A stretch of DNA of 64,000 nt from positions 30,583-94,582 of the IMG/VR virus record IMGVR_UViG_3300001765_000033. One strand, written 5' to 3'. This document shows, one piece after another, positions 9,760 through 18,721 of the stretch (position 1 is its first letter; every line of letters starts with the position of its first letter). The translations under genes and the position numbers were made by a program. This stretch comes from a virus. The notes below the pieces were generated by a model. That model worked only from the letters and a program-made list of their open reading frames with translations, had not been told where the DNA came from and did no database searches.

Positions 9760-10425
9760 ATGAAAACTTTATACGATTTCTTAATTGAGGCTATAGAACA
9801 TAAAATAGCTGGTCAAATAGGCTCAGCAACAACTCAAGTTGCCACAACTGGCGGGTCATTTGAAAAATCAGGAGCAGAACTTAAAGATAAAATTCCAGAT
9901 AACGGAAGAGTATTAAATTATGGTGCTGGATTAGATCATACGACAGAAGCATTAAAAAAAGGTCTTGGTGGAAAAGATTCTAAGCATAAAGTAGAAGATT
10001 ACGAACCATTTCCAGAAAGAAGAAAATCTAAACCGACATATATTAAATCTGAAGATATTCCTACAGATTCACATCATGCGGTAGTTTGCCATAACGTAGT
10101 TAATGTTGTTGACCGTGAGACTAGGGATCATATTATGCACCACATATTTTCTACAACAAAAGAAGGTGGACATATTCATATCATCGCCAGAAAATTTAAA
10201 GGTGATGTTGATGGTGCAAAAAATGCTAGACCAGGAAATGAAAAAGGTTCTTTGTTAATTAAAAAAGGCAGTCAGGAAGTTTACCAAAAAGGTTTTGATG
10301 GTAGTGAACTTAGTGATTATGTAAAAGACCTGGCAGAAAAGCACGGTCATAAAGTAGAAGTATCTAAACTTGGTTTTGGTGCATCTGGAGTAAAAATTAA
10401 AATGATTAAAAAGAATAAGGAATAA
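9760..10425 (+). CDS. Class I SAM-dependent methyltransferase-like protein with CTS-like leader
   Basis: Starts MKTLYDFLIE; VLNYGAG (motif I-like), DYEPFP, VVCHNVVNVV, YQKGF..EL. Confidence 0.65.
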   Translation: MKTLYDFLIEAIEHKIAGQIGSATTQVATTGGSFEKSGAELKDKIPDNGRVLNYGAGLDHTTEALKKGLGGKDSKHKVEDYEPFPERRKSKPTYIKSEDIPTDSHHAVVCHNVVNVVDRETRDHIMHHIFSTTKEGGHIHIIARKFKGDVDGAKNARPGNEKGSLLIKKGSQEVYQKGFDGSELSDYVKDLAEKHGHKVEVSKLGFGASGVKIKMIKKNKE

Positions 10426-10428
10426 GTC

Positions 10429-11313
10429 ATGTTATCATTCAAAGAATTTCTGCAAAATGTAATTGTTGAAAATTTGCACCCAGAATTGCAGAGTGTTGTA
10501 ACTTCAACAAATTCTAACATTTCAAAACAAACTCAGTTATCTAAAAAGATAAAAGATTTGACTTCTCGTGGAGAATCTACTGGTATTGAAGGTAATATGC
10601 CAAAAGGATCATCGAGAGCATATCTACAACATAAAGACGAACACCACACTGTGATTGATGGTAAACCTGCTTCATTTAAAACGGGAACTAAAGTAGCTAT
10701 AACCGCCACTTTAGACAAACATCACAATAAAAAAGCATATGATGGTAAGAATTTAGGTCAGATGCAAAATGAGGCTGAAGGTGGTGATCATTGGGCAAAT
10801 AAAAATTACAGAATTCTTACTAAACATGATGATAAAAACGAATATACTACAAATAAAGAATCTGGAATATTTCCACCTTTAGTTGATCATGATCATGATC
10901 ATCATAATTGGACTCATGTTGGGCATTCAAGAGATATTAAAGGTCCAGAATTTAAAAAACTGACTAAATGTAAGTCTCATCCAGAGGGCATATCACATAA
11001 AGATTTTTGTGAATCTATGGAGAGATTTCATAATAGAAATAATGGTAAACATTGGACTCAAAGTGAAGGAAGAGAACATCAACTCGATCATATAGATAGT
11101 CATCCATTGGTTCAAAAATTTCAAGATTATCATGGGAACACTGGAGCACCACCACATGATTATAGACAAATTAAAAACATGGGAGTTTTTGAGCATCCAG
11201 ATGGCTCAAAGCACATTGTTGCTAGAGATCATGGATTTAATTCTGACGTTCAAAGAGCGTATCAAGTAGCAAATAAAAACAGAAATATACACGAATTTAA
11301 TAGATATAGATAA
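10429..11313 (+). CDS. Protein-kinase/APH-like fold protein with CTS-like leader
   Basis: Starts MLSFKEFL..IVE; KGSSRAY, TKVA, QNEAE, HDYRQIKNMG, IVARDHGF in kinase order. Confidence 0.55.
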   Translation: MLSFKEFLQNVIVENLHPELQSVVTSTNSNISKQTQLSKKIKDLTSRGESTGIEGNMPKGSSRAYLQHKDEHHTVIDGKPASFKTGTKVAITATLDKHHNKKAYDGKNLGQMQNEAEGGDHWANKNYRILTKHDDKNEYTTNKESGIFPPLVDHDHDHHNWTHVGHSRDIKGPEFKKLTKCKSHPEGISHKDFCESMERFHNRNNGKHWTQSEGREHQLDHIDSHPLVQKFQDYHGNTGAPPHDYRQIKNMGVFEHPDGSKHIVARDHGFNSDVQRAYQVANKNRNIHEFNRYR

Positions 11314-11314
11314 T

Positions 11315-11710
11315 ATGGAATACTTAAAAGCAATTATTGATATATTCACAAATAATATAGGAATATTAAATAATATTATATTAGCTGGTTTCTTTTTATT
11401 TTTCGTTTATATAATAAACAAAGCAAGCAAAGATAAACATAACAAATTAAATTGGGCTGATATGTTTTTGGATTCTAAAACCCAAAAAATGTCATTAACA
11501 AAAGTTGGAAATTTCTGGGGTATTGGAATTTCAAGCTGGATAGCTATTTACTTTGCTCAGAAAATCCCAGCAGATAAAATTGCAGATTTGTATTCCTATG
11601 TTTTCGGAATTTGGATGGCATTCCTACTGGGTTCATATTCTGTATCGTCTGTTTTGAAAACAAAAGATGGAAGTGTAACTGAAATAAAAAAAGAAAGTGA
11701 AAAAGAATGA
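11315..11710 (+). CDS. Membrane protein, putative holin
   Basis: Three hydrophobic segments and a charged C-terminal tail. Confidence 0.5.
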   Translation: MEYLKAIIDIFTNNIGILNNIILAGFFLFFVYIINKASKDKHNKLNWADMFLDSKTQKMSLTKVGNFWGIGISSWIAIYFAQKIPADKIADLYSYVFGIWMAFLLGSYSVSSVLKTKDGSVTEIKKESEKE

Positions 11711-12201
11711 CTTGTAATGTAGAACAAATTGGTCAACTTTTGTCATATGACGGTTCACCGGTGTCATTTGATGCTCTAGGACAACATGCATTCAAAATGG
11801 ATTTTGCAAAAATTCCAAACACTATGTTTTTTCTGCAAGGTGTTACATTTCCTGGACTTTCAGTTTCCATTGTAGAACAAGCAACACCACATCTGGATTT
11901 TCAGGAAATAGGAACAAAAGTTAGATATGATCCTTTGATAATCCATTTCTTAGTAGATGCAAGAATGAGAAATCATTTTGAAATAACTAATTGGTTAAAG
12001 GAAATGACAGAAGCAAGAAATCAACGAGAGTATGTTTCTGATGCTTTGATGACCATCAATGACTCCATGCAAATAAGATTCATTGATGCTTTCCCTGTTA
12101 GCATCGGAAGTATTGAATTTGTTTCAAATCAAGATTCGTTGAAATATATCCAATGTTCAGCAACATTTAATTTTGACTGGTTTGAAATAATTCCAATCTA
12201 A
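11707..12201 (+). CDS. 3: Tail completion / sheath stabiliser, T4 gp3-like
   Basis: IPNTMFFLQGVTFPG, YDPLIIHFLVD..MRN, RFIDAFPVSIG; precedes uvsY-uvsW. Confidence 0.8.
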   Translation: MTCNVEQIGQLLSYDGSPVSFDALGQHAFKMDFAKIPNTMFFLQGVTFPGLSVSIVEQATPHLDFQEIGTKVRYDPLIIHFLVDARMRNHFEITNWLKEMTEARNQREYVSDALMTINDSMQIRFIDAFPVSIGSIEFVSNQDSLKYIQCSATFNFDWFEIIPI

Positions 12202-12217
12202 ATTCTTGATGTTTGTA

Positions 12218-12418
12218 AAATAAATTCTAAAACACCAGAATTACTGAGCGAAGCGAAGGCGAACGAAGTGAGCTAAGAATCTCATTTGCAAACTAGAATT
12301 TCTGGTTCAATTTCTGAACACAATTACCACCAAAAATATAAAAGTTTCTAATTGGTTTCTTAGCTCACTTCGTTCGCCTTCGCTTCGCTCAGTAATTCTG
12401 GTGTTTTAGAATTTATTT
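12218..12418. repeat. Perfect 62-bp inverted repeat with 77-bp AT-rich spacer; candidate replication origin
   Basis: 12218-12279 is the exact reverse complement of 12357-12418; lies in the ~500-bp gap before uvsY. Confidence 0.9.
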
Positions 12419-12549
12419 AAAATCATTTCTAGAAACCATTAAAATTTATCACTTACGACTAAATATATTCTCTTAATTAGAGGGGACTGCGAGAGCTTAA
12501 CAGGTTCTATGGTTCTTGTCAAGCACTTTCTTCAAATTGACCATACTTC

Positions 12550-12581
12550 CCGATGAACGGCAGTGATTAGCCGATGAACGG
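12550..12581 (+). repeat. Direct repeat CCGATGAACGG x2, 21-bp period
   Basis: Copies at 12550-12560 and 12571-12581. Confidence 0.75.
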
Positions 12582-12710
12582 TAAACATTTGTAAGTTTCT
12601 GTAAGGCCGCCTTTTTGCTGTTTCTAGTGTTTTCCATAGGAATTCTGCTTTTCAGGTTAAAATAGGACACTAAATAGGAAGTCAACCAAACGTGACTTGA
12701 GGACTAAATT

Positions 12711-13154
12711 ATGAAACTTACCATTGACGACATCATTGCAGAGTGGAAAGCAGACAACACTATCGATGAAACCAAGCTACCGTCAGAGCTAATGAAGACA
12801 CCACTGCTTCATTCAAAATATCTTGAGGTCTATCTTCAGATCAAAAGAAAATTCATTGCAGCCACAGCATCCTACAACAAGCTAAAATTCCTAAGAAAGA
12901 AATATTTCAGAGGCGAAATGACTCGGGAAGAACTTGATGCTCAAGGATGGGGCCAATATCAGGGTCTGAAAATGTCTCAGACCGAATTCAATTCAATGTC
13001 AGAAATTGATCCTATGCTTAGTGACGAATGGGTCAAAGTTGAGTACCTAAAGAGTCTTGTTGAAGGTCTTACCTACATTCTCAAAGAAATCCAAAACAGA
13101 GGTTATACCATAAAAACGATGGTAGAGTACAACAAAATGATGATGGGTGGCTAA
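12711..13154 (+). CDS. uvsY: Recombination mediator UvsY
   Basis: EWKAD..ID, TPLLHSKYL, I.NRGYTIK; adjacent to uvsW. Confidence 0.9.
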   Translation: MKLTIDDIIAEWKADNTIDETKLPSELMKTPLLHSKYLEVYLQIKRKFIAATASYNKLKFLRKKYFRGEMTREELDAQGWGQYQGLKMSQTEFNSMSEIDPMLSDEWVKVEYLKSLVEGLTYILKEIQNRGYTIKTMVEYNKMMMGG

Positions 13155-14682
13155 AATGACAGACAATGTTACCATAACAAAGTTCAATGAAGTCTGGTTT
13201 TATGTCGAATGCTCTACTGACATAAAGTACGAATTGAATGATCATTTTCAGTTTGAGGCTAACAACGCCAAATATCATCCATTGGTAAAGCTTGGTCGAT
13301 GGGATGGTATGATCAGGATGTTCAATCCTCAAAAATCATTGCTACACATCGGATTGCTGCCACTTTTAGAAGATTTTTGTCAGGCTAGAGAGTACACCTT
13401 ATCGTTTAAAAATCATCCAGAGTTTGGCAGTCCAGTTTATGTTTCTGTGCTACCTGATCAAGATGTTATCGACTATGTTGATTCTTTGGACATTCATTCT
13501 GGTGGTAATAAGATAACTCCATATGATTATCAGTATGATGCTATTAAATTGGGAGTATTGAAGCGAAGAGCAGTATGCATTAGCGCAACAGGTTCTGGCA
13601 AAAGTCTCATGATTTACGGCATATCCAGACATACACTTTCATTGGGATATAAGGTTTTGATCATTTGTCCTACGGTTCAGCTTACCGAACAAATGGCATC
13701 AGATTTTGCTGATTACTCCAGCCACAACGGATGGGATGCAGAATCAAATATTCACAAGATTCATTCTGGAAAAGAAAAAGAGTCAAATAAATCTATTACG
13801 ATTTCTACTTGGCAGAGTCTGTTAAAGATGCCAGCCGAATATTTCAATAAATTTTCATGTGTTATCTGTGACGAAGTGCATCTGGCATCTGGCAAATCCA
13901 TAACTGATATTATGGAAAAATGCACAGATGCAAATATTAGACTTGGATTTACTGGTTCCTTGGATAAGAGTTTGACAAATAAACTTCAGATTCAGGCGTT
14001 ATTTGGAAAAATAACTAAAGTATCATCATCAAGAGATTTGATTGATAAGGGGCACTTGACAGAAATCAAAATATCTGCTATAATGCTTGATTACTCTGTA
14101 AATACCAAAGCAGCATTAAAGTTATTCCTTGATAAAGACAAGAAAACTGCATATCAGAGAGAAATTAAATTTTTAACTGCGCATGAAAAGAGAAATAAAT
14201 TCATTTCAAATTTGGCTGCTTCTACAAAAGAAAATACTTTGGTATTTTTTAACTTAATTGAGCACGGTAAAACATTATTTGAGTTGATAAAAGAAAAAGC
14301 ACCAGATAAAAAAGTTTACTTTATTGACGGTCATGTAGATGTAGATATTCGTGAGGAATATAGAGAAGAAATTGAAGCTAGGAATGATCTTGTTATCGTA
14401 GCATCTAGCCAAACTTCAGCAACTGGAGTTAATTTTAAAAATCTGCATCACATTGTTTTTGCTGCTCCGACAAAATCTTTGGTTAGGGTCTTACAATCGA
14501 TTGGTAGAGGTCTGAGAAAATCAAAAGGAAAAGATATAGTTAAGCTATATGACATTGGTGATAATTTAACGAAATCGAAAGTTAAAAAGAACCATACTTA
14601 TAATCATTTTATTGAAAGGTTGGCCATTTATGCTAAAGAAGATTTTTCCTACAAACTTATTGATTTGGTTATCGAAAAATGA
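13147..14682 (+). CDS. uvsW: DNA helicase UvsW
   Basis: WDGMIRMF, ATGSGKS, DEVH, QSIGRGLR. Confidence 0.95.
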   Translation: MAKMTDNVTITKFNEVWFYVECSTDIKYELNDHFQFEANNAKYHPLVKLGRWDGMIRMFNPQKSLLHIGLLPLLEDFCQAREYTLSFKNHPEFGSPVYVSVLPDQDVIDYVDSLDIHSGGNKITPYDYQYDAIKLGVLKRRAVCISATGSGKSLMIYGISRHTLSLGYKVLIICPTVQLTEQMASDFADYSSHNGWDAESNIHKIHSGKEKESNKSITISTWQSLLKMPAEYFNKFSCVICDEVHLASGKSITDIMEKCTDANIRLGFTGSLDKSLTNKLQIQALFGKITKVSSSRDLIDKGHLTEIKISAIMLDYSVNTKAALKLFLDKDKKTAYQREIKFLTAHEKRNKFISNLAASTKENTLVFFNLIEHGKTLFELIKEKAPDKKVYFIDGHVDVDIREEYREEIEARNDLVIVASSQTSATGVNFKNLHHIVFAAPTKSLVRVLQSIGRGLRKSKGKDIVKLYDIGDNLTKSKVKKNHTYNHFIERLAIYAKEDFSYKLIDLVIEK

Positions 14683-15158
14683 CAAATAGCCCATTCGTAT
14701 GTATTAAATTACAATCTGGAGAAACATTATTTGCCGAAGTTATTAGCAACACCAAAGAAAAAATAAGAGTATTGCATCCGATGCTTACTAAAACTTCTGT
14801 GATGCAAAACAAACAAGATGGCTTTATGCTGTCCAATTGGATTCCGTGGGTAGACGAAGTAGAATTTGATATTTCTTTATTCCAGATCATTTATATCGGC
14901 GCATTGAAAGAAATGTTTATTAAATTTTATGGCTCAAATGTCATTAAAGAAGAATTTAATAAAATAAATGCTAGGGGGTTTGCTAGGGTAGAAGATGGTG
15001 AAAATCCTAAAGTTGTTACCGCTGAAATTGTTGAAGAAATGAGAAACTTACTTGATTTGTATTCGATGAAATATAATTTAGATTCCGACGAATTTAAAGA
15101 AAGATTTTCTTTGGATGAAATTGATACCGACACCGATACTAAAAAAGTTTTACATTAA
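14679..15158 (+). CDS. Conserved hypothetical protein (Sm-like N-terminus)
   Basis: IKLQSGETLFAEV..WIPW; between uvsW and gene 55. Confidence 0.6.
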   Translation: MTNSPFVCIKLQSGETLFAEVISNTKEKIRVLHPMLTKTSVMQNKQDGFMLSNWIPWVDEVEFDISLFQIIYIGALKEMFIKFYGSNVIKEEFNKINARGFARVEDGENPKVVTAEIVEEMRNLLDLYSMKYNLDSDEFKERFSLDEIDTDTDTKKVLH

Positions 15159-15166
15159 GGGGTTCA

Positions 15167-15712
15167 ATGGCATCAAAAAATTATGTAAATAATAAGGACT
15201 TTTTAAACAGCCTTATTGCTAGAAAAGAAGAAAATGAAAGGTTGGCGCTAGAAGGAAAAGAAAAAGCACCGATCAGCAGATATCTAGGTCATGTTGTTAT
15301 GGAGATTGCTAGACGATTGGCATACCGACCTAATTTCATAAATTATAGCTATCGTGAGGATTTGATTGGTGATGCTATCGAAGTTGGTCTAAAAGGACTT
15401 GACAAATTTGATTGTTCTTATGAAAATCCTTTTGCTTACATCACTCAAATCATGTGGAATGCCTTCATTCGCAGAATACAAATTGAGAATGGACAGCAGG
15501 CGATTAAGGGTGCTTTAATAGCCGATATGCCACTTAGTGAGTTGTTTGATACCCAAGAGCATGACGAAGATGGCATTCAATATTCATCGCATATCATGAG
15601 CTACCTAAGAGATAATAATTTTTATCATGCATCGGTTGAAGTCTCTGACGTAAAAACAATCGAAGTAAAAGATGGTAAAAAGCCTAGTGGTTTAGAAGTA
15701 TTTTTTGAGTGA
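15167..15712 (+). CDS. 55: Late sigma factor gp55
   Basis: NYVNNKDF, RPNFINYSYREDLIGD, NPFAYITQI; C-terminal LEVFF. Confidence 0.95.
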   Translation: MASKNYVNNKDFLNSLIARKEENERLALEGKEKAPISRYLGHVVMEIARRLAYRPNFINYSYREDLIGDAIEVGLKGLDKFDCSYENPFAYITQIMWNAFIRRIQIENGQQAIKGALIADMPLSELFDTQEHDEDGIQYSSHIMSYLRDNNFYHASVEVSDVKTIEVKDGKKPSGLEVFFE

Positions 15713-15715
15713 TTT

Positions 15716-16777
15716 ATGGCACGTATTATTTTGCTTGGGGACACCCACGTAGGTGTTAGAAATGCTAGCCCAATCCTGTGTGACTATCAGATAAAGTTTT
15801 TCAAAGAGTTGCTATTTCCATACATGAAAAAGAATGGATTGACAACGATTTTTCAAACTGGTGATGTTTTCGACACAAGAAAATTCAGCAATCATTTTAT
15901 CATCGATAAATGGAAGCGCGATGTTTTCGATTACATGCAAGAAAACAACATAATTTTTCATTGCATCATTGGAAACCACGATGCTCTTTACAAAAACACT
16001 CTTAGCGTCAATTCGCCGACTCTGTTTTTATCATCGTACAAAAATGTTATCGTCCACTCAACACCAGAAGATATAGATTTTGATGGCACATCGATTTTAG
16101 CTCTACCTTGGATTTGCCAAGACAACCAAGCAGAGTCATATGATAAAATAAGGACTTCAAAATCACCTATCGTTATTGGACACCTTGAGTTGGCAAAGTT
16201 TGAAATGTATCGTGGGCAGCTTTGTGAATATGGAATGGATCACACACTTTTTGAAAAATATGAACATGTTTTCTCTGGACATTTTCATCATAAAAGTGAC
16301 TACGGAAACATTGCTTACCTTGGATGCCCTTACGAATTCACGTGGATAGATTACAATGACCCAAGAGGGTTTCATGTTTTTGACACTAAGACATATAAAA
16401 ATAAATTTGTCCAAAATAAGGACACTTTGTTTAGAAAAGTAGAGTATAATGATAAGGATAAAGACTCCAGCTATTGGAAGTCTTTTGATATGGCTTTGTA
16501 TAAGGACAAATATGTAAAATTAGTTGTTGTCAATAAAACCGACATTATTCAGTTTGACATGCTGGTCGCGTCTTTTTATGCTTCTGGTGCTGCAGACTTT
16601 AAGATCGTTGAAGATTTAATTGAAGATGACGTAGAGATTGATGATGAGATTGAAACTGAGGCGTCCATTGATTTGGTTGATCTTTATATCGATGCCTTCA
16701 ATTTTGATGGAGACAAGGTTAAACTTAAAACAATGATGAAGTCTTTATACGTTGAAGCTCTCGCAACATTGGAGTAA
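15716..16777 (+). CDS. 47: Recombination endonuclease subunit gp47 (Mre11-like)
   Basis: GDTHVG, GDVFD, GNHD, SGHFH. Confidence 0.95.
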   Translation: MARIILLGDTHVGVRNASPILCDYQIKFFKELLFPYMKKNGLTTIFQTGDVFDTRKFSNHFIIDKWKRDVFDYMQENNIIFHCIIGNHDALYKNTLSVNSPTLFLSSYKNVIVHSTPEDIDFDGTSILALPWICQDNQAESYDKIRTSKSPIVIGHLELAKFEMYRGQLCEYGMDHTLFEKYEHVFSGHFHHKSDYGNIAYLGCPYEFTWIDYNDPRGFHVFDTKTYKNKFVQNKDTLFRKVEYNDKDKDSSYWKSFDMALYKDKYVKLVVVNKTDIIQFDMLVASFYASGAADFKIVEDLIEDDVEIDDEIETEASIDLVDLYIDAFNFDGDKVKLKTMMKSLYVEALATLE

Positions 16778-16780
16778 AAT

Positions 16781-18487
16781 TTGATAAAATTTGAATATAT
16801 ACAGGCACAGAATTTTATGTCTGTCGGGAACTCACCTATTAAAATCGAAGTCAATAAAGATCAGTCTACCCTAGTAACTGGTAAAAATGGTTCTGGAAAA
16901 TCACAGTTGTTACCAGATGGTATGTGTTTTTGTTTGTACGGAAAGCCCTATAGGAACATCAATAAACCGAACTTGATAAATTCAATCAACGGTAAAAAGT
17001 GTTTGGTAGAAGTTGGATTCTCATCAAACGGTAAATCCTATCTTGTTAAGCGAGGCATGAAGCCAACAATTTTTGAAATTTATGAAAATGAAAAGTTGTT
17101 GAATCAGGATGCAGACTCAAGAGATTACCAAAAAATTCTTGAGCAGCAAATTCTTAAAATGAATTATCGGGCATTCACTCAGGTCGTTATTATCGGTACA
17201 GCAGCGTTTGTTCCTTTTATGAAATTAAAACCAGAACATCGTAGAGAATTCATTGAGGATTTGCTTGATATCAGAGTGTTTTCTGTGATGAATAAGCATT
17301 TGGCGGTCAAGGTAAAAGAGGTCAAAGACGAGCTGAAATTGGTGACTGCTGAGATTGCTTCAGCGAAAGAAATTATTGCTGTTATAGAAGGTCATGTTGA
17401 ATCCCATAAAGACGATCTAAAAAATAAAATTGCATCTCTTAAATCTGAAAAACAGACAATAGTAGATGCTTCAAAATTGATAGTAGAAGAAAAAGAAGCA
17501 TTGGATGATTATTTGGGCAATAAATTGGTATCAATTGATACCATGAAATCGTATCAAAAAGCACATGAAAAAACTAAGGAAACAAAAAGAACGATAGAAT
17601 TTAAGCGCGATAAATATGTTGCAGAGTTAGAAAATTTGGCGGAGGTTTGTTATGCCTGCTCTCAAAAATTACCCCACGAACACAAAGAAACTTTACGGAT
17701 TTCCATCCAAGAAAACATAGACAACTGCGACAAAACAATAGCATTGTGTGTCTCAAGGGAAGTAGAGTTGATCGAGTCATATAAAAATTTGAGTGATCTT
17801 ACGCAAGAGGCGATCCAAATCGAAAATCAGATTCATTTTAAAAATGAGAAAATTTATGGGAATTCTCTTCTGATTAAAAAAATCAATAGTGATTTTTTGG
17901 GATTGGAGAATGATTTGTCCAAAGAAACGCCAGACAAATCAAAGCTAAAATCTACAGCCAAGAAAATTATTTCTTTGGTTAAACGAAAAAAAGAGTTGCT
18001 AGAGACTCAACAGCTTCAATCGGCAGCGCAAGTATTATTGCATGATAGCGGAATTAAATCTAAAATTATCAAGCAATACATTCCAACTATCAACAAATTT
18101 GTTAACAAATATCTGAATAAGCTGGACCTTTTTGTGAATTTTAATTTAGACGAAAATTTCAATGAGGTCGTTAAATCGAGACATCGTGATCAGTTCACAT
18201 ATGATTCTTTCAGCGAGGGAGAAAAAACACGGATTTCTCTAGCTTTAATTTTCACTTGGAGAGCAATTGCTGCTATGAAAAATTCAGTGAATGCTAATTT
18301 AATCGTGCTTGATGAAGTGGCTGATGCGTCGATGGACACAGAAGGGTTTGATCAATGTGTGAATTTATTTCATAGTATGAAAAACAACAATGTGTTTGTA
18401 GTTTCACATCGTGAAATTATCTCTGATAAATTTGATGCTGTCCTAAAATTTGAAAAAAAGAACAATTTTACTTCTATAACGCAATAA
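16781..18487 (+). CDS. 46: Recombination endonuclease subunit gp46 (Rad50-like)
   Basis: GKNGSGKS, CYAC hook, SFSEGEK, LDEV; TTG start. Confidence 0.95.
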   Translation: MIKFEYIQAQNFMSVGNSPIKIEVNKDQSTLVTGKNGSGKSQLLPDGMCFCLYGKPYRNINKPNLINSINGKKCLVEVGFSSNGKSYLVKRGMKPTIFEIYENEKLLNQDADSRDYQKILEQQILKMNYRAFTQVVIIGTAAFVPFMKLKPEHRREFIEDLLDIRVFSVMNKHLAVKVKEVKDELKLVTAEIASAKEIIAVIEGHVESHKDDLKNKIASLKSEKQTIVDASKLIVEEKEALDDYLGNKLVSIDTMKSYQKAHEKTKETKRTIEFKRDKYVAELENLAEVCYACSQKLPHEHKETLRISIQENIDNCDKTIALCVSREVELIESYKNLSDLTQEAIQIENQIHFKNEKIYGNSLLIKKINSDFLGLENDLSKETPDKSKLKSTAKKIISLVKRKKELLETQQLQSAAQVLLHDSGIKSKIIKQYIPTINKFVNKYLNKLDLFVNFNLDENFNEVVKSRHRDQFTYDSFSEGEKTRISLALIFTWRAIAAMKNSVNANLIVLDEVADASMDTEGFDQCVNLFHSMKNNNVFVVSHREIISDKFDAVLKFEKKNNFTSITQ

Positions 18488-18528
18488 TTTGTGGTACTAT
18501 ATAGACTTCACTACTAATAAAGTTTACT

Positions 18529-18720
18529 ATGATAACGTATGACGATGACTCTATTCGATGCACTAAAGATTTTGATGCTGTCAACTTTTCTTTGCCTGAA
18601 CCAGAAGTGTCTGTTTTTAGCTACACAGAAGAATTAAATGATGTTTTTTTGCAGTGGTCTGAGATTGATCTAAAAAGCATGGTATACTCTAGTTCTTCCA
18701 AACACCTTTTAGACGAATAA
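18529..18720 (+). CDS. Hypothetical protein
   Basis: 63 aa downstream of the TGTGGTACTAT promoter motif (18490). Confidence 0.45.
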   Translation: MITYDDDSIRCTKDFDAVNFSLPEPEVSVFSYTEELNDVFLQWSEIDLKSMVYSSSSKHLLDE

Positions 18721-18721
18721 A

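Noticed and set aside
12218-12418. MITE/IS terminal inverted repeats
   Set aside because: No target-site duplication, transposase or second copy in the window; cannot be excluded genome-wide.
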